A stretch of 64,000 bases of DNA from Octopus sinensis (taxonomy: Eukaryota), in the NCBI RefSeq assembly GCF_006345805.1, contig NC_042997.1, positions 148,676,001 to 148,740,000 on the forward strand. Reading direction: 5' to 3'. A model generated the notes under the pieces. The model saw only the letters and a list, made by a program, of their open reading frames with translations. It made no database searches and was not told where the DNA came from. The translations under genes were made by a program, and so were the position numbers. How positions within the stretch are numbered: position 1 is the first letter of the stretch; each line of letters begins with the position of its first letter. Shown one piece after another: positions 27,643 through 37,400 of this stretch.

Positions 27643-28083
27643 GAGCCCGTTTACCATCCGGCCTCTGAAACTAATCCTAGCAGATTAAGATTTACGTCGG
27701 CGAACTCCAAGATCAAAAACGCCGTCTACCAATGCAAGGTTTACACGGACTCAGATGCCTTCACTTATGTAGGGGCATCATCCTCAAGATTGTCTTTGCG
27801 TGTCTCCAACCATTACGCAACATTTCGGGACGTGAACAAGCGCCAGACCACGGGACTCAGTAAGCTAATATGGCGACTGAAGGATGCGAACTTAAGCTAT
27901 AGGCTGGAATGGTCAATTTTGTCGGTGGCCCTCCCATTAGATAGGGGCAGAAGACAGTGCAACCTTTGTGTCTCCGAACTCTTCCATATTTTGTTTGCCA
28001 GAGGCCGGATGGTAAACGGGCTCTTACAGTCGGCTTTTCGATGCCCCCATTGGCGGCGTTACACTTATCTGGCCTTTAAATAG
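27643..28083 (+). CDS. GIY-YIG endonuclease domain of a Penelope-like element (stop-free frame, 5'-truncated, no upstream ATG)
   Basis: Translation: ...KNAVYQCKVYTDSDAFTYVGASSSRLSLRVSNHYATFRDVNKRQTTGLSKLIWRLKDANLSYRLEWSILSVALPLDRGRRQCNLCVSELFHILFARGRMVNGLLQSAFRCPHWRRYTYLAFK*. It shows AVY..YVG, R..NH, T.LS..IW.LK, W.I, CNLC..E and RCPH. Confidence 0.85.
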   Translation, partial: EPVYHPASETNPSRLRFTSANSKIKNAVYQCKVYTDSDAFTYVGASSSRLSLRVSNHYATFRDVNKRQTTGLSKLIWRLKDANLSYRLEWSILSVALPLDRGRRQCNLCVSELFHILFARGRMVNGLLQSAFRCPHWRRYTYLAFK

Positions 28084-28679
28084 CGTTTATAAATAATACC
28101 GGCACACATAGCCCATGGTAACAAATTCTGAAATAGCCTTTAAGATATCTACGATTAACCACTGCAAGGGGAATTACTCCTGTAAGACAAACGGGGCTTG
28201 GTTTTTTCACAGCGGGGGGTTTCCTTGACAAGGCAGGCTTAGATGAACACACACACACATAAAACATAATATATATATATATTTTTTTTTTTTTCTTTCT
28301 GCCACCCAACGGTTATCACGGCAGTAGCCACTGACAGCCGAACGATCAAACGCACACACGTACACAAAAAATGTTTTCTACCCCTACGCCAACACACACA
28401 TATATAGAACAGTATACACACACACACGTCTCTAGGTAGATTTTTTCTCGCCCCTTATAAAACATCCAATATTCCTTAAATAGTCAGAACTTTATTCTCG
28501 GTCACAAAGAACATCTATACACCCTCACCCACATGATTGACCGATGCCTGACCCGTTGAATTCTTCAGCCACCGGTTCTCAACATACACTGATAAACAGT
28601 TTCGCCATGGGCTCTTAGGAGCACAGTTCGATTTGTTTTTTGCTCCGCCTCTGTTCTGTTTTTCCAACGGATTTCCTTT

Positions 28680-28768
28680 TTTCTTCCTGAAGAGAAAGAC
28701 ACAATATGGTCCCATTATTCAATCGGATTTTGGTAATTTGTGCCTTTCGAAACACGTGTAGAATGAAA
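28680..28768 (+). ncRNA. Type I hammerhead ribozyme (right arm, element sense strand)
   Basis: Stem I is TTC(28684-86)/GAA(28761-63) with further pairs past a mismatch. Core CTGAAGA is at 28687-93. Stem II is GAAAGaCACAA(28694-704)/TTGTGcCTTTC(28738-48). GAAA is at 28749-52, stem III is AC-acgt-GT, the cleavage triplet GUA ends at 28760, and AATAAA is at 28767-72. Confidence 0.88.
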
Positions 28769-29321
28769 TAAAACGATTTCTGTTCAATCTGCGTTCAGCT
28801 CCATTTCTTCAATTCACCAATAATGTTTTATATATATATATATATATGTACTACTTCCATAACAAACCAAAACGTTCCCCCTAATGCATGTCGCGATATG
28901 ACATCACAAACTACTCCTAGGAACTACAATACGGTATGATACCGGCCGGTCGGCTGACCAGTAGAAACACTTACATACCATCTTCAAACTGACAAATACA
29001 TCACTACTCACGTTTTTTCTTCATCATCCTAAACAATCACGTACTTTGCCCTTATATTATGCTCTTTAGTGATGAACACACCACCGCATACAATACATGC
29101 TTAAATATCCAAAATACAGAATATGTCCGTTTTTATATTACGTCTTTCCTGAGGACGGTCACACCACTACACACGACCCGAAGGTTTTTACCATGGAAAA
29201 CACATCACCTAATTGGAACCTAAATCCACCAACTGCCTATAGTCTCGCAGCACCAGTAATTGTAATGCTGACTACCTACTTTCCAACATTAATAGGCACC
29301 CTTATAAGTAATTATAGACAT

Positions 29322-30190
29322 TGGTTCTAAGGCCGCTAAAGCTCCTCACGACATTTGTGATGTGTATGGAGAGTGTGTGAAAGAACTGCTCGTGATTGGT
29401 ATGCCAAGTTCAAAAATAGAAATTTTGACCTCAAAGACGCATCTCGTTCTGGCTGTCCAGTCGAGTTAGATGAAGAGCAATTAAACCAACTTTTGCACGA
29501 ATATTCTCGTCAAAGGGAACAGACAGAGAAAATGGAATGTTCCCACACTGCTATAGAGAATCGTTTTCACTCGATGGGAAAGGTTCAGAAGTATGGATTA
29601 TGGGTTCCGCATGCTTTAAGTGACAACAACAAAAATCAATGAGCTACAATCTCCGCTGGTTTCCTTGCTCAACTCATGGACACAAGCAACGATTTCTTTA
29701 CTGAATCGTTACTGGCGACGAAAGATGGTGCCTGTACATCAATATGAAACAGTATAAGGAATGGCTTAGCCCCGGTAAACAGGCGACACCGTTTATGAAA
29801 TAAGATTTTCATACGCTTAAAACGATGTTGTGCGTATGGTGGGACTGGGAAGGGATTATCCATTATGAATTACTTGAACGGAACCAAACGGCCAATGCGG
29901 AACTCTATGTTCAACAGATGGAACGACTCGACACGGCTATTCAAGAGAAAAGACCTAATCGGTAGCATGGAGTTCTTCTGCTGTACGACAACGCCCGCTC
30001 TCATATCGCCAATATGACCGAGGAAGCTATTCAAACGCATGGCTGGGAAGTGTTGCCATACACGCCATACTATACTGATTTGGCACTAACGGTTTTCCAC
30101 CTCTTTCGATATCTTTCAAATGCTATGCGCGGAGTTTAGTTCAATACTGATGCAGAATTGAGAGCTTGGTTGGATCAATTTTTCGAGTCC
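29322..30190 (+). mobile_element. Mariner (DD34D-type) transposase pseudogene
   Basis: HTH region WYAKFKN..FDLKDASRSGCP, WVPHALS, RIVTGDERWCLY, CVWWDWEGIIHYELL, YDNARSH, and a PY..DLA..FHLF-like motif. Stops and frameshifts are present and no TIRs were seen. Confidence 0.92.
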
Positions 30191-30489
30191 ATCGGAGGCG
30201 GTGTGAGAAAACGGTTAAGCAATAGTTATTCTAGATAAAATAATGAAATGGAGGAATGAAAATAGACGTGAGATATGCAGGAATATTGTATCTTCAGTTC
30301 CATCATTTAGGCAAAATGGTATACATATAAGATTCCAGTACCTTGTCAGTTAGTTCCAATAGTATTTAAAATTAGTCATTCCAAGCATAGAGCTTGTAAA
30401 CGGTGTTATTGAATCTAGGGATTTTGCTGAAGTGACTTAAAGTTTGAGAATGTTTTTGTATACATATATGTTGTTGTATACATATATGT

Positions 30490-30700
30490 GTGTATTTGTG
30501 TCTGTGATTGTCCTTCTCATCATCGCTTGACAACCGATCTTGGTGTGTTTACGTCCCCGAATCTTAGCGGTTCGGCAAACAAGTCCGATAGATTAAGTAC
30601 CAGGCTTACATAGAATAAGTCCAGGGATCGATTTCTTCGACTAAAAGGCGATGCTCCAGCATGACTCTGGTTTAAATGAGTGAAATAAGTAAAAGAATAT
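30490..30700 (+). mobile_element. 3' half of SINE family A
   Basis: cgcttgacaaccgat...cttagcggttcggcaaa...gctccagcatg is the reverse complement of 22600-22780. Confidence 0.8.
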
Positions 30701-30736
30701 ATATACACACACACACCACACACACACACACACACA

Positions 30737-30825
<89 letters not shown>

Positions 30826-31774
30826 ATATATAATATATATATATATATACATTTATACACCTACATACTAAATTATATAAGAATATAAATAACAAAATAC
30901 AACTAGCTCCACTAGCAACATAAGCGGTTGCCATTTGTAGTAATATTAATAGTCATAATAGTAGTGACGTTTTGCTGAGTATCGGTGAATAAATGAGCTT
31001 TTGTCTTGCAATTATTTTGAATATTCGTCATATTCCTACTGTGAATTATTTAGAAGTATTTAAAATTCTGGCCTATCAATAATTTTGTGTTTCTTTTATT
31101 AAATAACCTTTTATATATTTACTTGTGATATATCATGAGGATGGCATCTGAGAAGAAATGAATTTCCTATGAATTTTTTTAGTATCTACCACAGCCAAAG
31201 TACTTTTCTCTATTTCATTGCCGATTCTATCATTGATCCAATCGTAAATTCCGGTAATCTACTATATCGCCGACGAAGAATATCAGCAAGAATGATTGCT
31301 ATAGGAAATTTACTCTTGTACATATTTCTAGTAAATTAGAAGTTATTATCAGGTGAGTGGTCGGTTTCCGTAATGCACTGCTTTATTTACTCCGATTCTA
31401 CATGCTGAGACCATATCACAACGCGGTAAAGTCGTTGTTTTCGGGCTACGTAAGAAAAGCAACATGCAAACATAAGGTCGGTTTAATCCACCGACACTGG
31501 AGTTCCCGATAAGTATTCAAGCAATGGGCTACAGCGAAGAATCCGGCAAGAATGATATTATGGCTGCTTCGTATTAATGAAAAATGTCCAAACTATTCCC
31601 GTGAGAATTAGCGATCAGGGTATTATGAGTTTGTCGAGAGTAGAAAAGGATGAAGTTTATTTTTTTTCTCTTTGACGTTCACTGTCATGTTCTCCGTATT
31701 AAGTATAATAAACACTTAAGATTTTGAAACAAAATAAATGAGTAGAATTTAATAATAGTTGGAAATGTTGGCAC

Positions 31775-31930
31775 CAGGGCAGCAATTTCAGGAGAGGGGA
31801 TAAGTCAATTACATTCACCCCAGTGTTTAAGTGGTACTTGTTTCATCGGCCTCGAAAGGATGAAAAGCATAGCTGACCTCGGCAGAATTTGAACTCAGAA
31901 TATTGAGACGGACGAAATGCCGGTACGCAT
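31775..31930 (-). mobile_element. SINE family B fragment
   Basis: ggcctcgaaaggatgaaa...gacctcggcagaatttgaactcagaa is the reverse complement of the family B body at 34320-34400. Confidence 0.75.
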
Positions 31931-31983
31931 CTCCCAGTTCATCACCATTGTACAGATTAATAATAATACAATTTTTGCCGATA

Positions 31984-33812
31984 TTTTATAGTAGCTGAGG
32001 TACCCGGTAATACACGGGAGTGGGAATATTCCCAGTACCCACTATAATGCCTAATTTCTCTCGGGCGAAAAATGAAATCAAGACATAGGACAGATAATTA
32101 AAGGCGTAAGCAAATTCATTCACTAAAACAATAATACAAATAAATATATTTGGAATAGGAAAATGACAATTGTTTGGTCAGATGAGTGGAAAGCTGCAAA
32201 TATATAACCAACGGAAACATCAAGAAGGGAATTGCAAACGAGTGCTATGAAAAAAAAAGAAAGAACATGGCGGTTTGAAAAGTAAACATAAAAATTATTT
32301 AGAGAAAAGGCACTTAATTCGACGACTGTATTTCATGGGTATACTTTCAATAATCATGAGAATAAAATATCAATTTCAATGATTAGAACCGACAATTTTA
32401 AGTGGCGGTATTAAGAAAATACATGTTATATGTTTTAGCATACAGCTCTACAACGTTTAAAATCGGTAATTTTAGGTGCAGGTGTTAAGAAAATACATGT
32501 TACAGCAACCTGAGAATACTGAAATAATTGATGAACATTTTAACCCCACAACAATTTAAGCCAAATTTCGTTAATCGGTCAAGCAAAGATCAGGTTACGC
32601 ATTGCTTGAGTGGCGTAGGCAAGCATTTATTTGTCTCAAAACATCCGTAGCGCATGCTCCATCTGTGTAAAACATTTCAAGAAAATCAGTTGAAAACTTT
32701 AAAAGTTATGGCAGAAAATAACATTGATATCAGAGTTTGCATAGAAATGGCCTATTGATTTTTGAAAAATCGATGCTAATTAAAAATTATCACCTTTTTG
32801 AAATTCCAAGTGCGTGAGTGACCGCATGGGTACAAGCGCCCCCACCCACCCCACACACGTGTCAAGTTTCATTAAGATCAGCTGGATAGTCTCGGAGGAG
32901 TTAAAGTAACAAATTCACACACACACACACACTCACACACACACAATGGTAGATAAAATGCCCTGAATATCTTAAGTAATTTGAGGACCACATGAGAATA
33001 TCCCCTGTCTAAAAGACTAATTTAAGATCTTGAATATTCTATAAGAGTTAAGGTTCATATAGTAACGTAACACATATCTGAACTCCAAACGAATTTGAAA
33101 GTGAAAAGGGGGTACACTGATAAGGTAAACCTAGTAGTTTGTATAAATGTAGTTTGATTGGCAGTATGTTTATGTTTATGCATGAAATACTGAGTAGAAA
33201 AGAGTTGAGAAATAAAATGCACTTACCTAATTACATTTTGCAACGCTGGGGAATTAAATCAACGAATTGAAATAATAAATTTTAGAAAATGAAAACGATT
33301 CGCATTGAAATACATATTTGCAAATGCTAATGAGGTTACTGTTAATAAGATGTCTGTTTTTACTCATGAAACATTTTTCGTCAAATTGAAATCTATATTG
33401 ATGAGTAGAACCAATTTCACGAAAAAAATGAACAGAGTGTGCTAGCGAACCCGTGTTTTCGTCATTTTTGTATATGTGCGTACAAACTTGATATATCTTA
33501 TCCTATCCCTAGCGCATATTCCATCTGTGTATCAAATTTCAAGAAAATCGGTTCAAAACTGTAAAAGTCATGGCAGAAAATATCATTCATATGAGAATTT
33601 TTGAAAAAATCGATGCTCATTAAAAATTATCATTTAAAAAAAATTTCCAAGTGCCTAAGTGTCCTCATATGCATAAGCCCCACACATGTGTCATGTGCCA
33701 AGTCTCATCAAGATCGATTGAATAGTCTCGGATGAGTTATAGTAACAAATTCACAAACACACATAGACACAACCACAAACATACAGAAAGTGCCATTTAT
33801 GTGTATAGATTA
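31984..33812 (+). mobile_element. Helentron/HINE (DINE-1-like) non-autonomous element with internal direct repeats
   Basis: A 5' tagct..cccg-gtaataca-cggg hairpin. Two related ~270-bp blocks (32650-32930 and 33512-33765) contain caa(a/g)tttca..aa(a/g)atc motifs and end in agtaacaaattcaca. There is a short tandem at ~32393/32468 and a 3' end tatagatt. Confidence 0.4.
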
Positions 33813-33821
33813 ATATTCTCT

Positions 33822-34050
33822 TCGGAGCAAGGCGGCGAGATGACAAAATTATTAGGAAGTTTGGAAAAATGCTTAGCAACATTTCGTCTGTCGCTACGTT
33901 CTGAGTTCCGAAGTCACTGAAGTTGACTTTGCTTTTCATCATTTCGTTGTCAATGGAACCAGTATCTGTCGAGCACTGGGGTAGATGCAATCAACATAAC
34001 ACTGCCCTCTAAATTGCTAGCCTTGTGCTAAAATTTGAAACCATTATTAT
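33822..34050 (+). mobile_element. SINE family B, diverged
   Basis: ggagcaaggcggcgagatgac...aaatgcttagc...tttcgtctgtcgctacgttctgagttc matches 34275-34500. Confidence 0.75.
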
Positions 34051-34274
34051 CTTTGGCTTTCATATTTACAATATCCATACCAAAACTACATTTATTCAAT
34101 TTGATTTCTGATGTCCATGGAGCTAGTTCTTGGACAAGTAAATATACTAATTTTGAATTAAGAATATTATTTACTTATCATCTAGTATTTCAAATTCGAA
34201 AATAAAACAATAATGATTTCAACGACTACATTACTGCTGCATAGAAAAAAACGGTTTCTAACTGGAAAATGCAG

Positions 34275-34688
34275 TGAGCCGGCAGAATCGTTAGCACACC
34301 GGGCGAAATGCTTAGTGGTATTTCGTCTGCTACTACGTTCTGGATTCAAATTCCGCCAAGGTCGACTTTGCCTTTCATCCTTTCGGGGTCGATTAAATAA
34401 GTACCAGTTACGCACTGGAGTCGATATAATTGACTTAATCCGTTTGTCTGTCCTTGTTTATCCCCTCTGTGTTTAGCCCCTTGTGGGTAGTAAAGAAATA
34501 GGTATTTCGTCTGCGTTACGTTGTGAGTTCAAATTCCGCCGAGGTCGACTTTGCCTTTCATCCTTTCGGGGTCGATAAATTAAGTACAAGTTACGCACTG
34601 GGGTCGATGTTATCGACTTAATACCTATGTCTGTCCTTGTTTGTCCCCTCTGTGTTTAGCCCCTTGTGGGTAATAAAGAAATAGGTTT
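34275..34688 (+). mobile_element. SINE family B with tandemly duplicated 184-bp body (single head, two bodies)
   Basis: ggtatttcgtctgc...aaagaaata starts at 34317 and again at 34501. Confidence 0.88.
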
Positions 34689-35287
34689 CTAACTGGAACT
34701 TCACCAGGATATGAAGACTCGATTTGAAATAGGAAACCAGTTGATTACACGTTTGAACTCTTATTTCTAAACAAATGTTGCTAATGACCTGAACGTCTAA
34801 ATCATCGATGCATAGAAATAATGATTTCAAGTTAGATTTCCAACTGGGAACGTGTACACATCTATGCATAACATAACTGATGACGAAGATATATCGAAGC
34901 GTTTGGAATTGGTGTAGACATAAATATTGAGGATATATACTTTAAAGATGGGGTTATTAGTCTGGAAAATTATATTATTGAAAGCAACTCATTTCAGACA
35001 TGTTAGACATTTAATGTACTGTTTATGATTTTTACCAAGAGAATTAATGTCGTAAGAGATATTAAGTATCTTTATTCCGACTATGAAACAGTAGGACAAT
35101 ATGAGTTAGTTTAGATCATATTTACGTTACTAATCATGCAGCAACTGTGGGAATACTATCGATTTCTTTCTTGTTATTACTATGAAAAGTTTGAAATGCG
35201 GAATGATTGTGACCTGAAAACAATAGTGGTATTTAACTTCATGGTCCAGAAATTAAGAAAGAGAACGCTGAACCCGTGGGAACCATA

Positions 35288-35356
35288 TTCATAAAACAAG
35301 TATGGAAAGTATGTATGTTGATAGTTCATAAAACAAGTATGGAAAGTATGAATGCT
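35288..35356. repeat. 37-bp tandem repeat, two copies
   Basis: ttcataaaacaagtatggaaagtatg at 35288 and 35325. Confidence 0.9.
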
Positions 35357-35724
35357 GTTAGATATTTTCCATTATGCGATGACATATACTCCAATATCTT
35401 CTAAGTTTCCATCATCCAAAATTCAGCTATGTTACAGAATAGATCTGCTTATTCTAAGACAAGTTTGCAACTTTGGCCGCTTTTCATCAAATTTTGCTGG
35501 AGTACAGTGCATCTATTTCTAGCTGGAATCATTTTATCACTTCATCCTTGATGCAGTCGATATAATTGACGCGCAGTATGGGGTCGGATGTTTAACACAA
35601 TTATAATAAACGACCTTGCATTGTTATATTTTCATTTCAAATTGTAGACGTACACAATAATCTTATATTATTATTTCAGATATTTCAAAATTCTATTTAT
35701 TTTTCAGAATCGTAATGGTGACTT

Positions 35725-36045
35725 ATGGTAAAGGTGCATGGCTCAGTGGTTAGAGTTTCGAGCTTACGATTACGGACCGGGGTGCGTGTTGTGTTCTTGA
35801 GCAAGACACTTTATTTCACGTGGCTCCAATTCACTCAGCTGTAGAAATGAGTTGCGACGTCACAGGTGCCAAGCTGTATCGGCCTTTGCCTTTCCCTTGG
35901 ATAACATTGGTGGCGTGGAGAGGGGAAGCTGGTATGCATGGGCGATTGCAGGTCTTCCATAAACAACCTTGTCTGGACTTGTGCATGGTAGGGTAACTTT
36001 CTAGGTGCAATCCCACGATCAGTCATGACCGAAGTGGGTTTCAGA
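35725..36045 (+). mobile_element. tRNA-derived SINE (family C)
   Basis: Head ggtgcatggctcagtggttagag, followed by ttgagcaagacacttta and cactcagctgtagaaatgag, typical of conserved central SINE domains. Confidence 0.75.
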
Positions 36046-36099
36046 GAATGGTGGCTATCATATTTATAATAAGCTTTCTCATCTTTCTATCTTTTCCTT

Positions 36100-37400
36100 G
36101 TATAAATGATGTATTTTCTTAGACGAGAAAATGCAGTTTAACATAGCAAACCTTCGCTTCATGTGATCGGGATCCAGATACGCATATTGTGAGGTTCATC
36201 ATGCCGTAGAACGAGTCTGGATCAGTCATTGTAAGAGAAATCCCTTTCATACAACCTAGGAATACAGGAATATTAAAAATATATAATGGAGCTAAAAGTG
36301 TTTTCACATTACACGTTTGAGTGGACCTATCTGATTACGTATTCTGTTATTGTAAGCGGTGGATAGATGTCACTCAAGTATTCAGTGCTATTATATGTAG
36401 CACTGATATATTCTATCTTCTATTATGTAGTTTTAGTTTGGGAAGTTTATTAACTCCAGGATCGTGTCTAGATTTTACAGTTCTATCTGGATTAATTTTA
36501 TTTACAGTAACGTTTATCTATTACAGCGCCGCACTTACCCTAAAGGAAGTATTCTCTTTATTCATCATAGTTGGGTGGCACATTGGTCTATCTTATTTTT
36601 AGAACTTGCCGATTCCTATGTGTGAGATTGCGTTCTACTCTCATATTCCTGCACCGTTAAGTGAAATGGTTCTGCTGGTGAACTACTGAGAAGAATATTG
36701 TTTTCACATTTCCGTATTGTCTGACAGGAGTAATAATAAACCTGATGTGTCTTAATCTGCCGAATCGCTCTTCTACCTGTGTTTGTCTGAAACTTACATT
36801 TGGGAGGTACTTGGACATTATACATCTACGTGACTGTCATCCTACTGAGTTTATCCAGAACCACGGGGGGAACGTTGACTATAGTGATTTTGTCGTCTCT
36901 CCAGGCTACAGATTGGTGCCACTCAGATTTGCCCGCGTCTCATCTAGAGAGGTGTTCTCTGTATTTGCAGTACTAACATAAGAGCTGAACTTGAAGTGTT
37001 CTCGTGTTAATATTGCTTACAATTCTATCATTGGTAGTCCTGCCTGTTAGTATGTGCAGTACTGGCGGTTGTAGTTTTGAAGAAGGAAAATGATAATTTC
37101 GGTTTTGCTGATAATGGCTCATGGAATCATCGTTTCATTGACAGCAAAATTGTTGATAATGGAGTTTGTCGACATTTATGTTGTTTTACAGTCTATCTTT
37201 GCTTTTGCCATGTTCTTGTCACCTTAGAATTTTTTGTTCTTTTTTCCTATCCTATTTTTCCCCCTATGAGATAGGGAGTTCCGAATAATCATTCTTCATT
37301 AAATATAACCAAGGTAGCATTATTGTCGTCTTCATTGCTCTGTTTGTTCTTGATATTCTCGATGTTGCTGCATGCGATCGTGTGTGAGTAGTCGTGGCTT
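36100..37400 (-). pseudogene. Decayed Penelope-like RT remnant
   Basis: Minus-strand remnants appear in the expected order: NATLVIFN (ADKG..VI-like, ~37300), DV..YLPN (DV.SLY-like, ~36820), QNHFT-NG..GI (F.FNG-like, ~36660) and NKLPKLK (N..HP.LKFT-like, ~36440). All matches are weak. Confidence 0.35.

Larger units (their letters stand above)
26686..28830 (+). mobile_element. Young 5'-truncated Penelope-like element with an inverted pLTR copy (palindromic insertion) embedded in (TA)n
   Basis: Arms 26835-27667 and 27999-28830 are reverse complements: ORFs 26950..27150(+) and 28515..28715(-) give identical proteins. The 331-bp spacer begins a GIY-YIG frame. Each arm contains a hammerhead. (TA)n lies at ~26655-26685 and 28829-28848. 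Confidence 0.9.

Noticed and set aside
26835-28830. A-to-I editing signature fixed between the two arms
   Set aside because: The substitutions I found are A/C, T/C, A/T and G/T, with no A-to-G bias.
31274-31560. Repeated cgaagaat..gcaagaatgat motif as a CRISPR-like repeat
   Set aside because: Only two diverged copies ~260 bp apart in a eukaryotic context, with no array and no cas genes.
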